A stretch of 64,000 nucleotides of DNA, taken from NCBI GenBank assembly GCA_964057225.1, contig OZ059900.1, positions 6,138,001 to 6,202,000 of the forward strand, written 5' to 3'. Positions 19,530-31,500 of the stretch are shown piece after piece. Position 1 is the stretch's first letter; each line of letters begins with the position of its first letter. Position numbers and translations under genes: made by a program. The DNA is from Auanema rhodensis. Taxonomy: Eukaryota; Animalia; Nematoda. The notes under the pieces are model-generated. The model did not search any database. It saw nothing but the letters and a program-made list of their open reading frames with translations, and was not told the origin of the DNA.

Positions 19530-20645
19530 CAGTATTATTAAAAGTGTTGCAGCTGGCGAACCTTCCCACTCAAAATACGATTTTCTGTACTTCTCAGTCA
19601 TTTTTATGCTTTCGCAAAGCAAAACCGAAGCTTTCGCTAAGTCTTGGGTAACGGAAAACTGGTAATTTTCAAAAATCGTCGATTTTTAGCTCCTTTTACG
19701 GCTTTGGGGAATATGGTCAAACAACTACGCCAACACGTTCCCCACAAATTTAGAAAACATGTTCAATCTTCCCCAAATTTCAATAAGTTTGAAAATTCAG
19801 AAAATGGAAAATACGTACCTCCATTAACATAAAATTACAACGAGTGTATTTAGTATGCAACCTCTAATCAGTTTCGGATAAAGAAGGTGTGACACAGTAC
19901 CGCTCGACCCCTTTTTCCTCTCACAACCCAACCCATTTCTGAACGAAAACTCTTCTATTAATTTATTTGTGAAATCTAAGGACAGTTGTCGTTCACGAAA
20001 ATGCTAAGATTAAAACTGAAAAGATTTAATATTCACTGCAGGAGGTAATTAAATCAAAGACAACACTATATTTTCAAAAATCACCACCTTCAAGCATTTC
20101 TAAGACGAAAAGACAGTAAGAACTATAATTATGCTTACCAAATTGTGGATATCTATTTTTATTTTTTTGTCTTCAACTTTATTTTCAAAATAGTTAATAA
20201 TTTCTTTATGTGGCTCAAACCCCAGAAATCAAATAAACAAGATCAACAATTTTCTCTTCAAATCACAGTGGTTTTTTTCGCGCTAGTATCACATATAAAA
20301 ACACCTCAAACATCTTTCATTTCTAATAGTTTCACGAGAATTAGATAGTCCAAATTGGCTAATGTCAGTAGATTTTTTCGGAATTTTCGCATTTATTACT
20401 CCTTGAAATTATCAAAAAGATTGAAACAATTATCCTGAATTGTAGGAAATGTGTTAGCAAAGTTTTGTAACCGTTTCATCCAAAGCTGTAAAAATAGCCA
20501 AAAATAAAATCTTTCCAAGTTACGAGTTTTATGTTAACTAAAACATTTTTTGCTTGGCAAAAGCAAAAAAATGATTGAAAAGTGCAGAAAATCGTATTTT
20601 GGGCAAAAAAGTGCTCCGACCTGAAGGAGGGAAGTAGAATAACTG
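19530..20645. mobile_element. Old non-autonomous DNA transposon with long degenerate terminal inverted repeats
   Basis: CAAAATACGATTTTCTGTACTT (~19571) is the reverse complement, with 1 mismatch, of AAGTGCAGAAAATCGTATTTTG (~20580). Inverted similarity continues inward (about 19680-19790 vs 20400-20505) at visibly lower identity. No transposase ORF is present. Confidence 0.6.
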
Positions 20646-22788
20646 TTTCAAACCAGTACGATGGATATCTTCACGATTTGAAGCATACACACGTATACTG
20701 GAACTATTTGATATCACTACTGAACATAAGAATTATATATTTTTTCTTTTTTTTTCATCTAAAGATGACATAGACTGGCTTCTATTTCAACAACTAGGTG
20801 AGGGTCGTTGGGGGGGTATGTGGCTGAACGGGATGTATACGTCTGTTCATGTGTCTCTGTCTGCAATTCTCGTCCGTGTATATGTGTGTGATCAAAACAT
20901 TCAAAGGACATTGCGCGACCTAACTGTCGCGAATAGATGTTGATTATTGATTTTTTTCATCTTAGTTTTAATGCATGGTTAATAATGAATAAGTTATGCA
21001 ACAATCTTTGAATGTATGTTCAACTATTTTAATTGAAGCAATTATCTTTAGATTCTATATATTATTCTTGTAATTTCCTAGAAAAGGGATAAAAATTAAA
21101 GTGTTCAGCATTTCTTTTTTCACACTTTTAGTTTGAATCAACTATGTTTAAAATTCTCAGCAAAACTATTTTCTCGTAAATATTATATATATTCCCCGCT
21201 TTTTTTTTGTCGTTTTTAGTTTCATTATTATATTTGAAAACTTTCTTTTTCAGATTTTTTTCTATCCTAATAAATAGTTAGCAAATGCATCGAGTGATAA
21301 TTATGTTGCTGTTGTAGATTTCACAGCGACCTTTCATAATCAAGTAAGTTTACTCATTTAATTTTATAATGAAATAGAGTTTGCACTGTATTAATCTGTC
21401 GATCAATCCATTACTGTTTATGTTTTTTTATAAATGAGTATTTGTTCTATTTGAATTCATTTGCTTCCTTTAACATGAAAATTCAACCTGATAAAGTATA
21501 ATGTACTCTAATACATTACTAATTTTAACCCAGTTTGATGAATTGTTTTCCGTCATTGTTCTGATGACTTACTCCTTCAAAGGTCAAAATTTTGTTAAGA
21601 ACGTTACAAGAACTAATATTTCTTACAATCATGTTTCTTAACATGATGCATACATGGTGTAGAATACTCTGTAGAATATATGCCGTATATTATTATTTAT
21701 TGTTTTATAATTAGCATTTTGCGCATTATTATACTGTATATAACAGTTTTCTCATACTGATCAACATTTTTTTCTGAATATTTCCTTGAATAATCACACG
21801 ATTCTTATTATCATCACAAAATTAGATAATTAAATTATCTCCAGGGCATAGAGGCACTTGGAAAATCAGCATTGTACATGGTGTCGTCGTCCTGAACACA
21901 CACTTTTTAAATTATTTTCTATGCACTTACATGGCACTCTGCTTCATCTATTATTTCTTTAAATTCTTGAGTAAACCTTGTCATTATTCTTCTTTTATTT
22001 TTATTTTATAATATACTTGCATCACAGTATTTCTTAACCAAATAAATTCGCCACACTTTTTACAACAATGCTCAAACCATTATCACAACTGAAAAACTTC
22101 GTAAGCAATGTTTTAGCAAGCATAGTAATTCTCATAGTTTTTTCTTCTTTTTTTCTTGAATAATCTTTTTTTTAATTTCAAGTTTTAGCCCAATCACTTT
22201 CTTTTCACCACACACACTTCTATCTTGAAATTCTTCCTTTCATTATACAACATCAAAGTTATTCTATAATTATTCTTATATTTGAAGTATTATTGAAACT
22301 TTAAAATTTTTATTTATAATAGAACTAATACCATCCAAAGCAAAAGCTTAATTAACTATACAAAATCTGGATTGTTTGATAAAAAAAGTGATGAAATTCA
22401 ACATTTAAGAAGATAACATCATCACCATCTTTATATTTTCCATTTATACAGGTACGGATTTACATATATGAACATCTGAAGTGTGGAATTTTTGGTGGCA
22501 GCAGTTGAACTCTAACTAATATCATTTGAAAAAACAAAAAAATATCAATCATAACCAAATATCTTTAGTTTGGTACATGCTTGAATAAGAAATATTTTTG
22601 AATTCTTATACAACTTGTTTGATAAACTTGATTCATTAGAAATATCATCACTATATCAGTGAAAAATTAGTCAAGCTATAGTGAAGAATGCCCGAGTTTT
22701 TTGTGAGTTTATCTCACTATTTCTTCATCTATATCATATTCAGCTGACAGAAAGAACTATTTTTGTAATGTTCTTTCTTATTTAGACT

Positions 22789-24395
22789 ATGCCAGACTTT
22801 GCTAACGAACCTCGCGAGAGCGAGCGAGTAGAAGCAGCCAGTAAGTTTAAAGTAGAATATAACCAAAGCGTTTATGTTTATGAATAGCTCTAAAATTATC
22901 TTTCTTAATTTGTATTTCTAAACATATCAATTAGAAATCAATAGACACTTAACTCATGAGTAATTATATGCTCTTATGAATGAAGTATACAAATTGAGAA
23001 AAAATGCCAGTAATAGAAAAGTAATTGTAGAAGTTTAGTTTATATAGTAAATCAGTTATATTTACATTGGTTTTAACCTTCCTGATCTGCATCATATTGT
23101 TGAATTAGATTCATAGTTTCAGCTCCCAGTGAAACGGACATCTATAGGCGTCTGCGTGCAGCTTATAACACATCACGACAAGCTCAAGATGTAAAACAAT
23201 TTCAAAAAGCATTTGATTATGTTCAAATTGAACATTTTGCAGTATATCAAGATAATTTGGACAGTAGCTCCATTTTTTGGATTTGTAGCCGTAAAATTGC
23301 TGATGGACGAATTTCTGCAATGTGTTCGATGTTTCGGTGGTTGGATCATGCTGTTGTATGGAAATCATAAATTTGTTCGATGTGTTAGGAGAGGTTTATT
23401 CTATTTCTGTTTCTTTTAGTTTGAATATTTTTTTACAGAAGAACAAGAAAACTATTATGTTTACTCAAAAACTCTTTTGATGATAATACTTTTTACATAC
23501 TTATCATCCAATCACATTCTTACTATTGACGATTATAGCACATATGACGTGTTAACATACACTACGCATGTGAGTTTTTGGTTCGAACAAAACTGAAACG
23601 TATATATAAAATCATTCAGAACAAGCCATATACACTAACTCATACAGTGAAAATTGTTTTTTTAACAGGCTATTTTGTGAAATTATGTACAATTCTTGTC
23701 AAACAATTGGTTAGTCTTATGAATTTAACAAAATTTCAATTTCCCAACTTTCAAGTTCTTTCTCCTGCCGTCGGAAATAATCTCTCATTCTACAAAACGT
23801 CGTTTATATCAAACAATTGAATATATTTCTCAGGTATATACTTCATTTATTTTTTAAATTTATTTTTTATTTTTCAACTTCAGGCTTATTGCATTACATT
23901 CCCCACAGCGCAGTGGTTAAGTTTCTTTATGGGAGCAAACTCAGAAGAACCCCCATTGGAATATTTTTTGACTCACGTACTTATATCACTTGGATATGCA
24001 TACTTCAAGGTTAGTTAAGACTTTTGGTTTTTTATACTTTTTTTTCATTTTAGATTCGTCGTTTCATGGAAGCTTACTTCGAGCTTAAAACAAGTATTCT
24101 TGAACTGACTGAAATGCATACGAAACCTGATCGACAAGAAATAGAAAATGCACAGATTTGTCCAATTTGTCGAGACGAATTCCGTCAGCCGTATAAGGTT
24201 CGGTTAACTATAATTAAGCCTAAATTAAGTTAAATGTGTATTCAGCTTTACTGTCTTCATATATTCTGCACTGATTGTATAAATGCATGGTTTGAGAAGA
24301 CGAGAACTTGTCCGATTTGTCGTGAACATGCACCGTTAAGTAACAACATTTGGTATACGGATGGTGCAACTTCTCAACTTATTCCATTTTGGTAG
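22789..24395 (+). CDS. RNFT1/RNFT2-like RING finger and transmembrane E3 ligase; possibly frameshifted
   Basis: Exons give MPDFANEPRESERVEAA|TPSETDIYRRLRAAY, APFFGFVAVKLLMDEF..LLYGNHKFV, AYCITFPTAQWLSFF..LGYAYFK, and a C3HC4 RING CPICRDEFRQPYK|LYCLHIFCTDCINAWFEKTRTCPICRE followed by WYTDGATSQLIPFW*. The DGATS tail is typical of the RNFT family. A possible upstream exon lies at ~21278-21342. I could not make the exon at ~23439-23569 phase-consistent. Confidence 0.75.
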
Positions 24396-27023
24396 AATAC
24401 TTGAGAGTAGACCAAAACATAGCCAGACATTAACTGTCTTTTCTATGTATTTCTAATCTTTTATTATTTATACTAATAACCTATAGCCATAACTGTTAGC
24501 CCGGATTGTCTCAATGATTCTCAACTGTTTCTGTGAGCTTTGGACAAAAAACTTAATTTCCTTTCATAATATTCCGACGAAATAGCATCAGATGACAGTT
24601 CAAACTATTTAATGCAGATACACGTTCTTTTATTTGTTTTTTTTTCGAAGTAATATCCAAACAAATAATATTAAAGTTAAAAATTATTCTCCCGTTCACT
24701 TTGAATGCAATTGTTTTTTGTAGTTTGTATAGTTTATAGTTTATCTTAATTGTCTAATAAATTGTATAATGATTTGAGTGAGTAATCTGTTTCTATAAAA
24801 TCAATCATTTCATTTGTACTATCAAAGTCAATATTTATTTCTTAAAGTATATATGTATATGTGAATTTTAGTAAAATTGATTCTAACTTCATCTTATACT
24901 AGTCAAATTTTCAATTAATAATGTTATAACACGTTTTTAAAATTATTAATTGTATTATTGTAGTTCCAATAAATGTTTTCTGTCTGTTGAATCGTTTTGT
25001 GTTAGATACTTTCATTACAGGAACTGCAACTCGGATTACTCTAGTTTATTAAATATTTTATGAAGGTAACCTTATAAGATGCAGAATTTGAAGATTTTTT
25101 TGCTAAATTCTAACAAAAGTTTCTTTTATTAAATCAAAATTGCTTAAAGCATATCTTTAAAACACTTTCATATAAGCTAGAGCTACTATACTATGTTCAT
25201 TTGATTTTTATGAACATATTCCTCAATTGACAGGAAAAAAATTATCTTCTAATTGATTTATCTCTCAGTTTCTTTTAGGTTTAAGCCTTGAGGGGATGTT
25301 TAATCCTTTTTCTCATGATAGCCTTTTTTCCTTTATTTTATCTTTTTCATTGTTCTCAACTCATTCAATGTCAGTTAAACTTTTCTTATAATTTTTTGGA
25401 AAAAACTTCTTTTATCGTTTTTTCAATTGGTTAGAACTCATCACTTTTCGAACATTTATTCCATATATGACGTACAGATAATAGTATCATCCAGCATTAT
25501 ACTTTAGAAATTATGTTCATGAGATACATGATTTTAAGACTTATAAGTTAAATTGAGAATGTACTTCCGCTTTTGTTCTCTAATTGAATCATGTATTCTT
25601 TTAATGTATATCATATGAACATTGCATTATGTCAAATTCATAGTCTTAATGCAATTCAAAGTTTTCATAGAAAATTTGATTTTGTTTCAAGTAATAGAAT
25701 TGATCTATTTTAAGTATATCTCAGATTAAATTCAGTGACGACAGCTATTGCTGAACTTTGCTTTTGAAAACCGACAGCAACAAGGTTTCCATTTTTCATC
25801 ACAGTATGGTTTCATGAATGATAATTCGAACCAAATTTATATTTTAATCAATTTTCTAAAGTTTCGCTAAAATTGATTTTTAATTATTTTAATCAATTTC
25901 ATTATAATTAGACAATTTTTAGTGTATAATACTAATATACTGAGAAAAATGATTGCAATTATTTATTCAAAGCTTACTCAATTTTCTTCATTGTTTTTCC
26001 CACCTATACTAGTCATTACCTCACCTCATTATCCTCTTCCTTTGCTTTATGGTCGTACTACATCTTTGGTCAAGCACACAAACACATAGACTCACATAAA
26101 TAATATGCAGTAAGAGAAAAAGAGGGCTGTGGCCTAGATTGATCAAGCTGGCCTTACATGGTTTCATGCGTCTCTGTTCGTTACCAAGGAGACTAAAACC
26201 ATTCAGTCGTCTGTGTCTCTGTAATCGCATCACCTGTCTCTTACTCCCTGTATTACTCTATTCAAGTGACTCTCTGAGCGTTGTTGTTGCTAGCTCAGTA
26301 TGCTTCCTCCAGCTCTCTGTCGCATTATCACCTGATATAGAACAAGAGATTATAGATACCGAAGAGATTCAGAGCACGAGACTATTCCAGCTTCTGCTTC
26401 CATTCTCATTAGTTACTGGACGCTTTCATATCTCTGTCGCTTATCTGCTTAAACCATTGAGCTACTTTGCTGTTCTGCCAAAGCAAACTGAAACATATTC
26501 TGCAGTTAAGCATCACTAATCTACGTTAGCCATCCCTATTCGCTTCTTCGCCAATCCAAGAAATTGGATTTATTCTTATTTATTATCTGCAACCTTTGAA
26601 ACATTTAATTCATAACAACTAATTTGTTAATTGTTATAACGAGCAACCCGCTCTCATTGATCACCACCCTCAATCAGTTCTAACATCAGACTCGCTCTAA
26701 TTTAATTTTGACTGTTATCTGGTGGTACTCTGCTCACCTTTGATATAAGGTGAATTATCCACTGATATTGTTGACAGCTAAGCTCAAATAATCTGAAAGA
26801 CTGTCGCGAATATCATATCCCATTTGTACTTCTACATAGATTATCATTTGAGATAAATACCTAGTCAAGTGATATCCGGATATTTCACAATTATATACAG
26901 CTCAAACCTATAATTATTTCATTAAACGACTTATATTATCCCACCTGCCTTCAAATTATCTATTTGTCCTTTGATTATTGATATCTGCTGTTCACGAAAT
27001 ATTCTACTATATTAATTAAAAAA

Positions 27024-28384
27024 ATGAGCGGTGTAATTATTTCGGAGCCTGAGCATGAGCCAACTCCATCAAAAAAAATTTGTCTCTGCATATCACCTAG
27101 CGTCAGTGGCGTTGTATCGCTGTGTGTTCAATTCATCACTCTAGTTGTAACTATGCTTGTGTGCATCTTCCTCTTCTACCATGCGGGAGGTTATGAGTAC
27201 ATGGGGTGGAATGAAAATTCAACAATGTTTGATCCTATAACATACGAGGCGTATTTGGATAGATTGTCTGATTTACCTGTTGGATTACCCGAATATGCTA
27301 CGGTATTCGAAAAATTAATCATTTTCATATACAAGTTGGGGATTATTTCAGAACGTAGATGAGAATAACTCAAGAAACGATACTTCTGACACATTTTTGA
27401 CCAATGCAACAACTTCTAATGAGCTTGAAATGGTATTCTTTCCCAGTTGCAATAGTTGCATAAAGCAAGAACACAAATTTCAGACAGACGGTGACAACAC
27501 GACAGAATACGACTATGGTGCTCATTTACTCGCTTTTGCCAATCATACGGTCAGTTCTCTTCAAACTTTCTAGCATTGTATATATTTTTGTTTTAATTTT
27601 TTAATTTAAAAAATTCAGAGAACTGAATTAGAAATGCTAGAATTAGCTCGTCTGTCAACTTTGGTCTACTTTGTTATTTGCATATTATGGTTCATGTCGT
27701 TATTCCTGCTCTTGACTTCAATCAAATACGAAATTTTGGATCTTGTGTGTGTTAATTCGTTCATATTAACAGTTGCCTCACTATATGCACTGATGCATGC
27801 GTTATTCGTATGTGTTCTACTATACTATCAGGTGATTATAGCAAACAAATTATATTAAAAATATCTCGTGAAGAAGCCTTATTCAAAATCAAGAAATTAA
27901 GCCTTATTAATAATTAGAACAATATTTAACTTTATATTCTATAACACATAGTGTATACATGTATATATTAATATAATCCTTGTTTAATCTAGCCTCAGAC
28001 TTCTTGGCGAACTTTGGCTATTGTAACTGGATCCGTAATCGTACTCATGGCTGGAACAATGCTCGGAGGATTTGCACTTCATCTAGATATTACCTGGTAC
28101 AAGTACATTGTTCATGTACATGGACAAGAAAAGGTAATTTCACAAAATCATCAAAAGTCAAAAAAAAAACAGAAAATACTCTCCTTTCGTTAACTAAAAA
28201 TGTTGAGACAAGGCATATCAAACCAATCAAAACTTGTTTCTAGTTCTTACTCATGGACTGGGTCGTTGGTTTAATTAAATGCAAGAAATGTTCTACTACT
28301 GAAGCAACTCAGCCAAGCTTAACTTACCAACGAGGATCTGAGCCAGGTGGATCCAATGATCAAGTTGTGTTCAGTGCGTTTTAG
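27024..28384 (+). CDS. Uncharacterised multi-pass (about 4 TM) membrane protein, 6 exons
   Basis: ATG at 27024. Hydrophobic exons VVSLCVQFITLVVTMLVCIFLFY, LVYFVICILWFMSLFLLL, FILTVASLYALMHALFVCVLLYYQ and TLAIVTGSVIVLMAGTMLGGFAL are joined by GT-AG introns. The protein ends ..DQVVFSAF* (TAG 28382-28384), with AATAAA at ~28435. Confidence 0.75.
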
Positions 28385-28521
28385 ATATTGGACACAATAT
28401 CGTACAGCCATCAATCGAAAAAAAATGATTCTTTAATAAAGCCTTACAATTTGAGAAAAATTCACATGGAGCAAGTCAATACAAACAAAACTAAACAGGA
28501 AAACATTTTGTAGTTTAACCC

Positions 28522-31500
28522 AGAAAAATCTCGTCGTCTAACATCGCTTTACATGATACGCCAATTCTCCACTTTTTCCACAATGCCTATCCTTCTCTAA
28601 AAATCTCCTCATTCCCCACAATGCATGAACCATCTCGTCGTCTAACATCGCTTTACATGATCCGCCAATTCTCCAGTTTTTCCATACTGCCTATCCTTCT
28701 CTAAAGATCTCCTCATTCCCCACAATGCCTGAGCCATCTCGTCGTCTAACATCGTTTTACATGATACGCCAATTCTCCAGTTTTTTAATACTGCCTATCC
28801 TTCTCTAAAGATCTCCTCATTCCCCACAATGCATGAACCATCTCGTCGTCTAACATCGTTTTACATGATACGCCAATTCTCCAGTTTTTCCATACTGCCT
28901 ATCCTTCTCTAAAGATCTCCTCATTCCACACAATGCCTGAGCCATCTCGTCGTCTAACATCGTTTTACATGATACGCCAATTCTCCAGTTTTTCCATACT
29001 GCCTATCCTTCTCTAAAGATCTCCTCATTCCCCACAATGCATGAACCATCTCGTCGTCTAACATCGTTTTACATGATACGCCAATTCTCCAGTTTTTCCA
29101 TACTGCCTATCCTTCTCTAAAGATCTCTTCATTCCCCACAATGCCTGAGCCATCTCGTCGTCTAACATCGTTTTACATGATACGCCAATTCTCCAGTTTT
29201 TCCATACTGCCTATCCTCCTCTAAAGATCTCTTCATTCCCCACAATGCATGAACCATCTCGTCGTCTAACATCGTTTTACATGATACGCCAATTCTCCAG
29301 TTTTTCCATACTGCCTATCCTTCTCTAAAGATCTCCTCATTCCACACAATGCCTGAGCCATCTCGTCGTCTAACATCGTTTTACATGATACGCCAATTCT
29401 CCAGTTTTTCCATACTGCCTATCCTTCTCTAAAGATCTCCTCATTCCCCACAATGCATGAACCATCTCGTCGTCTAACATCGTTTTACATGATACGCCAA
29501 TTCTCCAGTTTTTCCATACTGCCTATCCTTCTCTAAAGATCTCTTCATTCCCCACAATGCCTGAGCCATCTCGTCGTCTAACATCGTTTTACATGATACG
29601 CCAATTCTCCAGTTTTTCCATACTGCCTATCCTTCTCTAAAGATCTCCTCATTCCCCACAATGCATGAACCATCTCGTCGTCTAACATCGTTTTACATGA
29701 TACGCCAATTCTCCAGTTTTTCCATACTGCCTATCCTTCTCTAAAGATCTCCTCATTCCACACAATGCCTGAGCCATCTCGTCGTCTAACATCGTTTTAC
29801 ATGATACGCCAATTCTCCAGTTTTTCCATACTGCCTATCCTTCTCTAAAGATCTCCTCATTCCCCACAATGCATGAACCATCTCGTCGTCTAACATCGTT
29901 TTACATGATACGCCAATTCTCCAGTTTTTCCATACTGCCTATCCTTCTCTAAAGATCTCCTCATTCCCCACAATGCATGAACCATCTCGTCGTCTAACAT
30001 CGTTTTACATGATACGCCAATTCTCCAGTTTTTCCATACTGCCTATCCTTCTCTAAAGATCTCCTCATTCCCCACAATGCCTGAGCCATCTCGTCGTCTA
30101 ACATCGTTTTACATGATACGCCAATTCTCCAGTTTTTCCATACTGCCTATCCTTCTCTAAAGATCTCCTCATTCCCCACAATGCATGAACCATCTCGTCG
30201 TCTAACATCGTTTTACATGATACGCCAATTCTCCAGTTTTTCCATACTGCCTATCCTTCTCTAAAGATCTCCTCATTCCACACAATGCCTGAGCCATCTC
30301 GTCGTCTAACATCGTTTTACATGATACGCCAATTCTCCAGTTTTTCCATACTGCCTATCTTTCTCTAAAGATCTCCTCATTCCCCACAATGCATGAACCA
30401 TCTCGTCGTCTAACATCGTTTTACATGATACGCCAATTCTCCAGTTTTTCCATACTGCCTATCCTTCTCTAAAGATCTCTTCATTCCCCACAATGCCTGA
30501 GCCATCTCGTCGTCTAACATCGTTTTACATGATACGCCAATTCTCCAGTTTTTCCATACTGCCTATCCTTCTCTAAAGATCTCCTCATTCCCCACAATGC
30601 ATGAACCATCTCGTCGTCTAACATCGTTTTACATGATACGCCAATTCTCCAGTTTTTCCATACTGCCTATCCTTCTCTAAAGATCTCTTCATTCCCCACA
30701 ATGCCTGAGCCATCTCGTCGTCTAACATCGTTTTACATGATACGCCAATTCTCCAGTTTTTCCATACTGCCTATCCTTCTCTAAAGATCTCTTCGTTCCC
30801 CACAATGCATGAACCATCTCGTCGTCTAACATCGTTTTACATGATACGCCAATTCTCCAGTTTTTCCATACTGCCTATCCTTCTCTAAAGATCTCCTCAT
30901 TCCCCACAATGCATGAACCATCTCGTCGTCTAACATCGTTTTACATGATACGCCAAATCTCCAGTTTTTCCATACTGCCTATCCTTCTCTAAAAATCTCC
31001 TCATTCCCCACAATGTCTGAGCCATCTCGTCGTCTAACATCGTTTTACATGATACGCCAAATCTCCAGTTTTTCCATACTGCCTATCCTTCTCTGAAGAT
31101 TTCCTCATTCCCCACAATGCCTGAGCCATCTCGTCGTCTAACATCGTTTTACATGATACGCCAATTCTCCAGTTTTTCCATACTGCCTATCCTTCTCTAA
31201 AGATCTCCTCATTCCCCACAATGCATGAACCATCTCGTCGTCTAACATCGTTTTACATGATACGCCAATTCTCCAGTTTTTCCATACTGCCTATCCTTCT
31301 CTAAAGATCTCCTCATTCCCCACAATGCATGAACCATCTCGTCGTCTAACATCGTTTTACATGATACGCCAATTCTCCAGTTTTTCCATACTACCTATCT
31401 TTCTCTAAAGATCTCTTCATTCCCCACAATGCATGAACCATCTCGTCGTCTAACATCGTTTTACATGATACGCCAATTCTCCAGTTTTTCCATACTGCCT

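Noticed and set aside
20642-20649. CTGTTTCA piRNA (Ruby) motif
   Set aside because: Only isolated occurrences (also ~5573), consistent with chance; no cluster.
21500-22300. Cys-rich fragments on the minus strand (CCKKCGEFI, PCKCIENN) inside the RNFT-like 5' region
   Set aside because: Interrupted by stops in all frames. I could not build a gene or assign a family. It may be an old relic.
26139-26519. 126-aa ORF upstream of the TM gene
   Set aside because: Non-ATG start, CT-rich promoter-like composition and no recognisable homology.
28555-28570. GCCAA (TTGGC) pairing-centre core in monomer A
   Set aside because: Only one 5-mer per unit and not conserved in monomer B (TAAGC), so it is insufficient evidence.
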